NCBI GenBank assembly: GCA_965248265.1 | Contig: CBDFJF010000001.1 | Location: 152,822 to 216,821 of the forward strand | Source of the DNA: Candidatus Latescibacterota bacterium | GTDB lineage: Bacteria; Latescibacterota; UBA2968; UBA8231 | Length of the DNA: 64,000 nucleotides | Reading direction: 5' to 3' | Shown: positions 22,657 through 33,300 of the stretch, piece by piece | Numbering within the stretch: the first letter of the stretch is position 1 | Layout of the letters: every line of letters starts with the position of its first letter | Translations under genes and position numbers: made by a program | Notes under the pieces: model-generated | Told to the model about the DNA's origin: nothing | The model's database searches: none | The model's input: the letters and a program-made list of their open reading frames with translations, nothing else

Positions 22657-22856
22657 CAGTATGAGCTTCCTGGTCTGAACTAGCGACCCGGATCGCAGGC
22701 GGTATAAGTAGACGCCGCTGGCCAGCCCTTCAGCGTTCCAGGTGTAGCTGTGACGGCCAGCCGCCAGCTCTTCCGACACGAGCGTGGTCTGTCGGAGCGG
22801 GAGCAGAGCCTGTTCCGTCACTTCAAGCCCTACGTAGAGGGCATGTCGTAGGCCTA
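22657..22856 (-). pseudogene. Orphan T9SS Por_Secre_tail C-terminal domain fragment left by the IS630 insertion
   Basis: Minus frame '...LLPLRQTTLVSEELAAGRHSYTWNAEGLASGVYLYRLRSGSLVQTRKLILVK*' abuts the IS630 left TIR. Confidence 0.5.
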
Positions 22857-22857
22857 G

Positions 22858-24011
22858 TGCTCTGTTAAAGAGTGGGCATTGAGTTTTGGACTTTGGCCAG
22901 CTTGGCGTTGTCGGTGTTCTTGTTTCGCCACCTCAGGTACTCCTGCATGCGCTGGCCGACTTCTCGATGATCGTTGGGATCGCTGTTTTTAATGACGAAA
23001 TAATGGGCTGCGGTGAGGTGACATTCGAGCCGATTCATCCATGACGCGTTGGTGGCGGTGAAGACCGGCGAGACCCGGTTTCGTCGGCACCACTGCAAGA
23101 TCGGCGGTGTCTTGTGCGTCGACAGATTATCCATGACGACATAGATCCGCTTCGCCGTGCGATAGCGGAGCCGAATGGCCTTGAGGAAATCGAGTACGAC
23201 CGACGCGTGTTTCTTGGGTTTGTGATGCATCCACAGGATGTCCTCATGGACGTTATAGGCTCCAAAGAAATAGCTGACGCCGCCGTGGCGGCTATAGGTT
23301 GCCCGATGCCGGACCGGGCGCTTGTGTGGGGCCCAGGAAGCACCGGCATGCGGCTTGATCTGGACTGGTCCCAGTTCGTCGAAACAGACTACGACCGTGT
23401 CTTTCGGCGCCCGCTTGTAGAGTCGGTTGATGCGTTTTTTTTAGAGACAAACTCCGGGTCCTTTGATTCTTTCCAAGTGCGCGTGCGTTGATAGGTAACC
23501 TTATGTTGATCCAAGATTTTTCCGATGGTCACATGCGAAACCTCGGGAATCATCTGCCGTCCCACCAGGCAGTCAGTCAGCTTGCGCAACGACCACTGGT
23601 TGAACGGCTGGCCGAACGCGCGAGGAGGCATCGTGGCAATTTCCACCACCACGGATTCGTCTTCCGGCGTCAACTTCGAAGGACGCCCCGGACGTGCCCG
23701 AGTGCGCAAAACCGTCAATCCCCCTTCGTTGTACTGGCGGATCAACTGGCGAACGTACTCCTCATGCAGATGCAGTGTATCCGAGATCTCCTGGACGCGC
23801 ATGCCCTGGGCGCTGAACGAGATCAACTGCCCACGGCGCATCTGCACGGCGTTGCGAGGCCGTTTCAGCCACCGTCCCAGTTCCTTAGACTCCGCCGCGT
23901 TCGGCGAACGAGCATGGAGACACATAGCATCACCCTCCTGAAGGATTCACCATATGTATCCATGATACCACGACTTACGACAAAGTACAAGCTCGATTTC
24001 TTAACAGAGCA
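22858..24011 (-). mobile_element. IS630-family insertion sequence (about 1154 bp), TIRs 'GTGCTCTGTTAA...' with TA target-site duplication
   Basis: 'tagtgctctgttaa' at 22856-22869 and its reverse complement 'ttaacagagcacta' at 24001-24013. TA dinucleotides at both junctions. Confidence 0.65.
22865..23925 (-). pseudogene. IS630-family transposase (HTH N-terminus plus DDE_3 C-terminus) interrupted by a +/-1 frameshift in a T8/A8 homopolymer at 23435-23442
   Basis: N-terminal ORF ends '...DPEFVSKKNASTD...'. The alternative frame reads 'KKRINRLYKRAPKDTVVVCFDE...YVVMDNLSTHKTPPILQWCRRNRVSPVFTATNASWMNRLE'. A9 or A6 would restore a single ORF. Confidence 0.7.
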
Positions 24012-25060
24012 CTAGGCAGGCAAAATTGCCCCCGGAAGGAATGCCACCTGTCGTATCCGGGAGCGATCAGCTGACCAAACGATCACTGCTTTTCGGCAAT
24101 CAATTCTCTGACCTTGTCGTGATCCACACCGAAATGGGCCAGCAATTGGGCCGATATCGCCTCCTGGTCGCTGAGCAGGGCGAGCAAGACCCGACAGCTC
24201 ACCATTGTTCACTTCGGCTCGCAAAAACAACTGACGTTCCGTCACCAAATGCCGATTAAGGGAGGAGGAGGCCGCGTGCCCACGAGAAAGCGCTGGTAAG
24301 CGCTTAGGCGGCCATCATCCTCCAACACGGTACAGCCTATAGGAACTGCGAACGATACCTGGAGACTATCGATGGACTCCGGGATCTGGACCATCGGACC
24401 AGATGGCCCCCGAGACAGAATCTGAGACAGCTCGGGTTCACGGACGTTTCTACAGGAGTAGCGCATGTACCGGTGCAAGTCCATCGCCCCCACGGCGATG
24501 TCCCTCAACGAAAAACGCCTCATCCGTCCGACTCTCCGCACTGGCCAACTCCAGCATCACCTCAGCGAGTTGGCTCTCTCGTCTTGCCTTCACGACATGA
24601 AACGACGGAAACACCGTGAGTTGTCGCTCAACACCAAAGCGATGCTGATGTTGATCCTGTTGATCGGGGAACACCCCCCTGAGCCTGCCGAGGGCGAAGT
24701 ACTAGTGGCGGAGGCCTCGTAAGGACAGCCGCGGATGGGCTTCAGCCCAGTGATGGGCAATCCGTAGCGCTCCCAACTGAGTAATGCCGGGCGGGAATCA
24801 GTCAAACCTGTGATGGCTCGCCGGGCGTCACCGTGATATTCCGATGGTCGTCCGAAGTGAAGCTACAGATACGACGCGTCAATGGGGCCTACAGCTGCCT
24901 TGCACTCTTCCGCCTAAAGAGATAGATAGTTAAGATCGGTTTGCGGCTTGGTGTCGAAACGAAAACTTGAGGTTTTTTTTGAGGGGCGGGATTGGTATAT
25001 GGGGCTTGCCGGATCAAGCGGTGCTGCGAATCGGATGGAGGCCCTCGGCGGCTGAGAGCC

Positions 25061-26617
25061 ATGCTGACACTGAGACAATCCATGGAATTGGCCGGGACGA
25101 ATCTGCTCAACTCCCTGTCAGCCGACGAAGACCGTCTGCCCCTGTGGTCGGTCACCATCGACCCCGACATGCGGGCCCGACCTAGCCTGCGCTGGCCGGA
25201 GCACAACGTCGGCAGATGGTGGGACGCCATGCTGCGGTTGGAAGCAGCCGCGGGATTCGCGCCACCCGCCCACACGGAAGCGGCCATGTTGCGGCACCTG
25301 GGAAGCTGCCTGGACAATCCACTGGCAGTCTGCGCCTCCATGGACACGACGGCGAGCTGCTTTGACGACCACTCGCAACGGGAGGTCCTGTTGGCCCTGG
25401 CAGCCCTGGTGCGCTGGCGCGACAACGACTGGGCCGCACAGGCGGGCCACCGCATGGTCCTTGCGCTCGACCGCTTCATTCAGGATGACGGCTCCTGGGA
25501 TCGCGTGCTGATGAACGAGACGGCCGCCAAGGGAGGAAGACACGTCGACGCCCCACCCGCCGACCCCAAGGCCGACAGGTCAAAACCGGGAATCGAGCTG
25601 ACGGGCTCCCACGGGCGCATGATCGAGGCGCTGCTGGAGCTCTACACCGCCACCGGAGACACGGCCGCCATGCTCCTGGCCTCGCGTCTGGCCGAGTTCC
25701 ACCTCGAAGCATCCACGCGCCCCGACGGCACGGTCCCCGAATACAGCGGTTACGTCCATACCCACTCACTGTTCGGGACCTATCGCGGACTGCTGATGTA
25801 CGGCCAGTTGACTCGCCAGCGGCAGTACATCGACCGGGTCGCTGAGACGTACGCCTGTACCGTTCGAACGAAGGTCTTCCGCTCCGGGTTCATCTCCCAC
25901 GACTGGGGCAGCGAGCAGAGGGGCGAAACGACCTCACCGGGCGACGCGGCCCAGCTGGCCCTGTGGCTGGCGCAACTCGGTTACGGGGAGTTCTTCGATG
26001 ACGCCGAGCGCATCGTCCGCGCCCGCATCCTGCCGTCGCAGATTACCTCGCCGTTGGGGCTGCAACCGGCGGACGACGACGATGGCCCCCCGGAAGATCT
26101 CGACGCGCTGACGGTGGGCGCCTTCGGCGGCATGCACACCCATCCGCACGGCGGCATCCTGCCGACGACGGACATCACCGCAGCCGATTTGCACACCCTC
26201 TGTGACATCTACACCCATGTCGTCGAAGAGACAGAGGCCGGACTGGTCGTCAACTTCCACTTGGACTACGAGGACGACCTGGTATGCGTTGAGACGACCC
26301 GCGGGGACAGTGGAAGGCTCACTGTCCAACCGAAGATCGCCAGGCCGGTCCTCATCCGCATCCCCGGTTGGGCGCCGCCTGGATCCGTCGAGCTCGAGGT
26401 CGACGGCAAGCGCGAGGCCACGTCATGGATTGGTCATTCGCTGCTTGTATCAGCACAGAACCCACCGGCGCAGATCGAGGCGTGTTACGAGTTGCCAGTA
26501 AAGAAGACGGTAGAGCACATCGATGGCGACGACTACCATCTCACCTGGCGCGGCGACGACGTCGTCGGACTCGTGCCGAACACGGACTTCCTTCCTTTTT
26601 ATCCCACCCCGGACTAG
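25061..26617 (+). CDS. Alpha-helical (alpha/alpha)6-barrel-like hypothetical protein (possibly six-hairpin glycosidase-like)
   Basis: Repeating amphipathic helix pairs, with W/R-rich 'HNVGRWWDAMLRLE'. No confident family. Confidence 0.3.
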   Translation: MLTLRQSMELAGTNLLNSLSADEDRLPLWSVTIDPDMRARPSLRWPEHNVGRWWDAMLRLEAAAGFAPPAHTEAAMLRHLGSCLDNPLAVCASMDTTASCFDDHSQREVLLALAALVRWRDNDWAAQAGHRMVLALDRFIQDDGSWDRVLMNETAAKGGRHVDAPPADPKADRSKPGIELTGSHGRMIEALLELYTATGDTAAMLLASRLAEFHLEASTRPDGTVPEYSGYVHTHSLFGTYRGLLMYGQLTRQRQYIDRVAETYACTVRTKVFRSGFISHDWGSEQRGETTSPGDAAQLALWLAQLGYGEFFDDAERIVRARILPSQITSPLGLQPADDDDGPPEDLDALTVGAFGGMHTHPHGGILPTTDITAADLHTLCDIYTHVVEETEAGLVVNFHLDYEDDLVCVETTRGDSGRLTVQPKIARPVLIRIPGWAPPGSVELEVDGKREATSWIGHSLLVSAQNPPAQIEACYELPVKKTVEHIDGDDYHLTWRGDDVVGLVPNTDFLPFYPTPD

Positions 26618-26879
26618 CCGTCGAGTATAGGACCGATAAGGACCCGTCCGTGCCCGGCTTCGGACTGCGCCCTTTACGCAATCGCATTCGCGGTTCGTGT
26701 CAGCCAACTCCCGAGGTCTTGGTTATGTTAGGCGTCGTCGTCGCCGCGGCTCACGCGGTGTTTTTGCATATCAACAAAGGACGCTGAGCGAGCGTGCGTG
26801 CGACTTTCTGTCGCGGGACTTTCCAACCGATAGCCATCCGTCATCTCTCGGCGACTGCCAACTGAACAGGAGGTTTATC

Positions 26880-27761
26880 ATGATTTACGGTGAAGGGGAC
26901 TATCGCTACGATGAGATCAAAGACTGGGCGCAGCTGCCCGAAGGCTGGGTATTCGCGCAGGTATCGGACACGGCAGTTGACTCGAAGGGCAGGATATACG
27001 CCTTTACGCGTGGCAAACACCCGATCGTAGTCTTCGACAAGGACGGGAACTTCGTCACCTCTTGGGGCTACGGGGATTTCGGGATCTCGCCCAATCTCGT
27101 CAGCCAGTCCCACGGTATTTTCATCACACCCGACGACAAGGTCTACCTCACCGACTCCCTCCAGCATATCGTTCGTCGCTACGATCGGCTCGGCGAACTG
27201 GAGCGCGAGTGGGGTACCCGAGGCGTGCCCGGGGCGAGCTTCCATCGCCGCGAGTACAACATGCCCACCGGTGTCGCCTTCGCGCCCGACGGCCAGCACT
27301 TCTACGTCTCCGATGGCTACGGCAGCCGCTGCGTGCACAAATACGACAGCAACGGGGAGCACATCCACGTGTGGGGTGAAGGCGGCAGCGGGCCAGGGCA
27401 GTTCGCCCTGGTACACAACATCGGCTGCACGCGCGACGGGCGCGTCCTCGTCTGCGACCGCGAGAACAACCGCATCCAGGTGTTCGACCCCGACGGCGTT
27501 TTCATCGAGCAGTGGACCGATGTCATGATGCCGGGCGATGTGGCCATCACGTCTGACAACACCGTCTACGTCGCCGAGCAAGGCGGCGGCGGACGTATCA
27601 GTGTCTGGTCGGCCAACGGAGAGCTCATCTGCCGCTTTGAGGACAAGGCCGCCGTCCAGTCGCCTCACGGCCTCTGTGTTGACAATGACGACAACATCTA
27701 CGTTGCCGAAATCGGCATGGAGGGCCAGGGGCAAAGGCTACAGAAGTTCGCGAGGGTGTGA
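26880..27761 (+). CDS. NHL-repeat six-bladed beta-propeller protein
   Basis: Repeated 'P.GVA..PDG..YVSD..N.RI..FD' blades. Strong AGGAGG SD at 26866 before ATG 26880. Confidence 0.7.
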   Translation: MIYGEGDYRYDEIKDWAQLPEGWVFAQVSDTAVDSKGRIYAFTRGKHPIVVFDKDGNFVTSWGYGDFGISPNLVSQSHGIFITPDDKVYLTDSLQHIVRRYDRLGELEREWGTRGVPGASFHRREYNMPTGVAFAPDGQHFYVSDGYGSRCVHKYDSNGEHIHVWGEGGSGPGQFALVHNIGCTRDGRVLVCDRENNRIQVFDPDGVFIEQWTDVMMPGDVAITSDNTVYVAEQGGGGRISVWSANGELICRFEDKAAVQSPHGLCVDNDDNIYVAEIGMEGQGQRLQKFARV

Positions 27762-27922
27762 AGACCGGTAGACTGAAATTCGCGGTGGGAGAGGTCTCCA
27801 GAATGAGCTGAGAGACACCGCATTTGCGCGATTCAATCACTAGGTTAGGTGACTGAGAGGCACTCGTGGAATAAAAAGGCAACCCGTATCCGCCAATCTA
27901 TTTTGCCGTTTCGCTTGCTCTG

Positions 27923-28315
27923 ATGGTCACGTTGCACTATCTCGCTCCAATCCATCAACTGCTTCCAATGCCTTTCAAATATGCCGGGGTACCGCTTGTA
28001 CTTGGCGGCATTTGCGTTACTGCGGTCGCGGCTAGGGCATTTACGAGGGTTGGAACACCCGTAGTTCCTTTTGAGAAATCAACCGTAGTTGTAACAAATG
28101 GGTTGTTCCGGTTTAGCCGCAATCCAATGTATCTGGGTATGGTCATGGCACTCGTTGGCGTAGCAATGCTTCTTCGTAGTGCGGCTGCGTTCGGTCCAAT
28201 TCCTATTTTCGCGTGGCTAGTCTATCACCAATTCATTCATCCTGAGGAACAGTTTCTAGAGGAGCTTTTGGTGAGGAATATTCGGCGTATAAGCGTAAAG
28301 TACGGCGATGGGTAT
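27923..28315 (+). pseudogene. Isoprenylcysteine carboxyl methyltransferase/PEMT-family membrane methyltransferase with a frameshift near 28262
   Basis: 'LFRFSRNPMYLGMV' and 'HPEEQFLEE', then the canonical C-terminus 'AFGEEYSAYKRKVRRWV*' only in the +2 frame. GC about 50%. Confidence 0.5.
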
Positions 28316-28637
28316 GAGTTGTGCAGCTACCAGGGCATCGAGCGGATGCAGCAACTCTCTCTGCGCGCCATCCGACGCTTGGCGTCAGGGACAGCTGCCG
28401 ACTCGGAAACCACGACGCGTAGAGATTCGGCAAGCTGAACTGGCCAAGAACGCCTCCCGGTACCTGAACCGAAGTGGTTTCCGAGAACCCTCCTCCGGTT
28501 GTGTGCGAAAGTCCAAACTGCGTGCCCATCTCGAGGCCCGAGGCACGGTGGAAGCCTCCGTGGCCCAGCAAGACTGCCATCACCACAGCAGCGATCGAAG
28601 TAAACTTCACGGTCTTCCTCCTTTGCAAAAATTGCAA
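28233..28637 (-). pseudogene. N-terminal fragment of an outer-membrane beta-barrel-like protein
   Basis: Signal-like 'KFTSIAAVVMAVLLG' then 'LEMGTQFGLSHTTGGGFSETTSVQVPGG...', decaying into nonsense. Confidence 0.25.
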
Positions 28638-28691
28638 TAGCGTCCTGACCTACTTGTCGAGCTTGCTCTTGGGTAGGCACGCGGGTTTCAA

Positions 28692-28990
28692 GGGTAGATA
28701 TGTCACTACTCTCTCTTTCTTCTTTCTCTATCTCTCTCTGACATTTCTACCCCTCAAAAGGGATGTGAGGTGATTTGGAGAATAGAGTTGTCACCATGGT
28801 TATTCCTCTTTCTTTGTCTCATTCTCTCTAACATTTCTACCCTTCAAATAGCGCACGAGGAGGAAGGCACGTTCGCCTACTATCCCCGTAGTCGATCAAG
28901 TGTTCTCTGAGGCCATCAGACGGCCCAGAATCGTCGATCGGTACGTAGGTGGCGTACGGGTACCCGTGGACAGTATAGAGCGTCAGAACG
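28692..28990 (+). repeat. Repeat R1 copy 1 (about 300 bp, CT-rich, with internal 'CATTTCTACCC(C/T)TCAAA' sub-repeats)
   Basis: Aligns with 45631-45931 at about 80% with indels. Begins 'gggtaga', ends 'tagagcgtcagaacg'. Contains hairpin CCTCA-aaagggatg-TGAGG and the palindrome cgggtacccg. Confidence 0.6.
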
Positions 28991-29292
28991 GCCGTGAGAA
29001 CGCAGTACACCGGGACGCAATCATCTCCGTCCTATACTCGATTTGCGATTCAGGCACATAGACACACCAAGACGGAGGTTTCAGGAAAGTCTGTATATAG
29101 AGCTGTATAGAGAAAGTTTGCCGAAACCTGTGTCGGGGTGTGTCGTGTCAGTGGCTAAGCGCCGTGATGGTTCGTGAAAGTAAGGGCTGATCGTTCAGAT
29201 TGCAGTCGAGGAAGCTGGCGCTGTTCAGTGCCTGAAACTTGCCGCCGCCATGCAGAAGACAATTTCGATTCTGAATCAGGCATATGTCGGCT

Positions 29293-30174
29293 CTAGGACG
29301 GATTGGTAGATAGATCCTTAGCAGAGTTCACCTCTCGACGAACTCGAACCGCAGAGCTACCATACTCACCTCCGTCCGGCAACATGCTGACGCGTAGAGG
29401 CAAGGCCACTTGCTCCCACTTTTCATTCTCCACTGCTGAGCCCATAGCGCCGCCCATACCGCCGCCAATAAGGGCACCGGGGAAACCTACAATTAATGCA
29501 CCGACAAAAGTAGTTACAACAACGCCAACCGCATCCATGCCATGGTAAACGCCCAAGGAGTGGCCTAACCATGATCCCACAGTTCCGCCAATGAGAAGAC
29601 CAATGAGCGCTCCTTTGCTTGCCGCCGCGTCACGCGAGATCCCACCACGACTGACTTCCAAGTGAGCCAAAATGCTCAGAGGAATAGCTAAGGTAGTGCC
29701 TCGGCTTCTCAGTACGAGCGAGTCAGCTGATATCGACACAACTGTTCCTATAAGCCAATGTTCACCTATGTACATGAAACCATCATGCCGAATACCGGGA
29801 GAACGCACTTTGATCCGCACCCGGTCCCTAGGCTTAATCGACGGGGCCTCTTGCACCGCAAGATCCGTCCACGAAAGCAGGACACCCGGCAGAGATACTT
29901 CCTTCCATCGTTCACCCAATATTCCACCTCCCTGGCTGACTTCGAATTTGGTTATGGAGTCGAGAGGGATTGCAAAAAAGGTCCGTTGATCTTCGGCGTT
30001 CAGCACGACGAGAGTGTCGGTGTCCAACGATACTACAGAGCCTATGAGTCGGTTGATGGTATAGGAGGGAGCCGAGACACGTACCCGTGTCCCACGGTGG
30101 ACGAGCAGCGTTTCTTGCGCCGCCAGGTCCGTCAGCGGTATCAGCAGGAGAGCAACGAAAAGCAGTCTCTTCAT
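29293..30174 (-). CDS. Secreted/membrane-anchored protein with C-terminal glycine-zipper (GxxxG) region
   Basis: Signal peptide MKRLLFVALLLIPLTDLAAQ. C-terminal 'GALIGLLIGGTVGSWLG...GALIVGFPGALIGGGMGGAMG'. Confidence 0.4.
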   Translation of the reverse strand: MKRLLFVALLLIPLTDLAAQETLLVHRGTRVRVSAPSYTINRLIGSVVSLDTDTLVVLNAEDQRTFFAIPLDSITKFEVSQGGGILGERWKEVSLPGVLLSWTDLAVQEAPSIKPRDRVRIKVRSPGIRHDGFMYIGEHWLIGTVVSISADSLVLRSRGTTLAIPLSILAHLEVSRGGISRDAAASKGALIGLLIGGTVGSWLGHSLGVYHGMDAVGVVVTTFVGALIVGFPGALIGGGMGGAMGSAVENEKWEQVALPLRVSMLPDGGEYGSSAVRVRREVNSAKDLSTNPS

Positions 30175-30396
30175 GTGGCTATTCCGGGCAACGAGGGTGG
30201 GATCATTGGTGTCAGTCATGCCTCCACCGCCACAACCACGCAGGTCATGTCGTCAGCCTGCTCCGCATCACCAGCAACACCTTCACCTTATCAACCAGCC
30301 GATTGATGACAGCACTCGCCGGGAGTCCACTCTCACGCCGTTCTCAAAGTTTCCTTCGTGCGCTCCGAACCCGATCGCCAATCAGCACACCGCTCC

Positions 30397-33300
30397 TCAT
30401 CTCGCCGCCAGCTTTAGTTGTGACTCCTCCAGCCTCTGAACGGCAGCGGTTAGCGCGTCCAACTGCGTTCGCAACTCAATGTCCCTCTGCTCCAATTGTT
30501 CGTTGCGGGCGGTGAGTCGCGCTATATCCTGCTCCAGTGATACATTGCGCGCCATCAACTCCCTCGTCTGTGAGTCGAGTTCCTGCACGGCGGCAACCAA
30601 CACCGGACGCACGCTATGTGTATCCACTTGCAGGTACCCGGTGCCGTCGTCCTGCACGCTTTCAGGAAATACCTCCTGAAATTCCTGGGCAATAAAGTTG
30701 TAATAGATGCGGTTGCCAACCGATGGATGCTCCCGCTGGTAATCCTCGTTATAGCGGAATCTGACCGGCCTCAACTGACGAATCGTCTCCATGCCCTTCT
30801 CAACTTCCTCGATGTCCATCTTCAGACGCCGGTCGGAGTTGGCAAGCCAGTCACCGGCTGCGGTTTTGGAGGCATTACCCTCGACCTCGAACGGATTGGC
30901 CGTCGGTGCTCGGCCAACGCCGACCTCTCCACTGTTGGCAATTGTCATCCTGGTTGAGGGTGCGGTATTGACAGCGCCTGTCTGGAACGCAATCGTGCCG
31001 CCGAGAGCCAACGCAATGGCCGTCGTCCCGGCGCCTACATTGGAAATCACATCGGCACCAGCATCGTCCAATTCATAGTTGGTTGATAGGACCATCGCGT
31101 TCGTATACGGGCCATTCTGGTTTCGCCAGATGTAGCCAAAGAAGTTACCCAGGGCCATTCTGAATCCGTGTGTTGTATTCGTCGGTCCCGCTATGTAAAC
31201 GTCCCCTTCGTCTATCTGAAGCTTGTAAGTCGGGCTTGTCGTGTTGATGCCGACATTGCCTCCGAGGAACAGTCCGGCGTAGCCGGTACCACCGTCCAGT
31301 ACGCGGCCGTAAACTGCCACACCAGGTTTAGTGTAGCCTGCAACTCCAAACCAGTTGTCATCGAAGCCCCCGAGTGCACCGTATGTGTAGGCGTTTGAAC
31401 CCGCATCCGCTTCCGCGTTTGTCGTCAAGCCGGTCACTGATGCGTGTTGAAGTGTGTGTGGTGCGGTCGCCGCCAGACTACTCCCAGAGTTGTCCAGGAC
31501 ACCGATCGCTGATCGAGTCTTCAGATTCGTGCCAGTAAAGGACCCGCCGATCACGTGTAACCTGCTCTCCGGCGCTGTCGTGCCGATGCCGACGTTGCCG
31601 TCACCTTGGATATGAACCGCGTCAACCGCCGTCCCTCCGGTCTTGGTCCTGAACCTGATGTCGCCGTCCGCGTTGTTGTAGAGGTTGTCGAAATACGTGT
31701 GCCCCGTGTTGTAGTCATGCCACATCTGCAAGCCTGTTGTCGCGCCGTCGTCTCTCGTCAGGAACAATCCCACGTCACCAGCACCAACCGACCGCATATC
31801 CAGCACCCTCGCATTGCCGGAATCAGAATTGAAAGCGGCCGGCAAATTGCCAGCCGGAACCGTCGTGTTGATGCCGACATTGCCCGTAGCCGTAATGCGC
31901 ATCTTCTCCACAGCCGTGGCGCTGTTCGACGTGAAGAATCGCATGGACGTGCCGCCAGCTGTTGAATTCGATGCAATATCGAGTATCCCGGTACCTGTGT
32001 TGTAGTTGATGACGCCAATGTTTGACGTGGTGAGATCCGTAGCCGCGGAATTTGTGATACGCATCTGACCACTGTTGATGTGCAACGCGTCTCCCGGGCT
32101 CGTTGTGCCGATGCCGACGTTGTTGTTGTCATCAATCGTCATGGCTGGTGAGGCCAGTGACGTGGTACCCGTAAGTCGCAGTTTTCCGTCCCCATCGTGG
32201 ATGCCCAAACCTGCCCAGTTCGCGGTGCCGTCGTGGTCCGAATCGAACCACAGCTCGCTGTCATTCCCGGCACCCGCGCCATTGTTCGTCAGAAATACAG
32301 CATTCACACCGCTGGCCTTGTGCAGGTGGAGTAGTACATTCGGATTTAATGTCCCAATCCCCACATTGCCGTTTGTCAGCAAACCCATCCCGGCAGTGCC
32401 ACCTGGCGAGATTTGCAGATGTTCGGTGGCAGATGTCGAAAGAATGCCAAACCCGCCCGCCGATTCGAGCCGTATGTGTTGTGCGGGAGTTCCCGTAAGT
32501 GATGAGCGTATCGCACCTTCAACTTCGAGCAAATCGTTGGGGCTGCTTGTACCGATGCCGACGTTGCCGTTCACGGTGAGTCCGCCAGCCCCAGCGATGT
32601 CTACCGCTCCATTGTCCGCCGTAATCGTACGCCCAGCGCCGGCACCACCCTCGTCGTAGGCCCCGTCGAGGGTGTTCTGGGTGTCGGTATCAGTATCCGT
32701 GTCCGTAGCGTTGAAGGTCAGGGTGTTGCCCGAAGGTGCGATGGCCATGTTGGTACCGGCAGCCAGGGTCACGGCATCCGTAAGGCTGTTCACCGTCTTG
32801 ACCACGGCCCCTGCAGCCACATCACCGGCCACTATGGTAGCATCGGCAATCTCAGCCGAGGTGATCGCACTGGCGGCGATCTTGGCGGTCGTGACAGCGC
32901 CCGCGGCCAGTTCCGTGGTGCCGACCCCGCCTGCAGCGATATCGAGGGTTACATCACCGGTAGTGCCGCCATTGGCAAGGCCCGTACCCGCCGTTACCCC
33001 GGTAATATCACCGCCAGCAGTGGCATCGATGGTAAGCGTGTTACCGGTCGGGGTGATGGCAATGTTAGATCCCGCCGCCAGAGTGACGGCGTCTTCCAGG
33101 CTGTTGACGCTGGTGACTACCTGACCGGCGGCGATGTCGGCAGCCACTATGGTTCCATCACCAATCTTCGCCGAAGTGACGGCGTCAGCGGCCAGTTCCG
33201 CACTGTCCACAGCACCAGCCGCGATTTCATCAGCGTCCACTGAATCAGTCGCCAGGTCGGCTGCCGAAATGGTGCCATCGGCGATCTTGGCACTCGTTAC

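Noticed and set aside
24075-24195. 40-aa minus-strand ORF 'MVSCRVLLALLSDQEAISAQLLAHFGVDHDKVRELIAEKQ' resembling one Clp N-domain repeat.
   Set aside because: A lone repeat without an ATPase body. It lies in the scarred region next to IS630 and is most likely a gene remnant, so it was not called as a feature.
28796-28831. Micro-ORFs inside repeat R1 (MVIPLSLSHSL and MGRVVTVGMSLSFSHSL).
   Set aside because: They are conserved only because the DNA repeat is conserved, and they are too short to support as genes. They are mentioned under the repeat finding instead.
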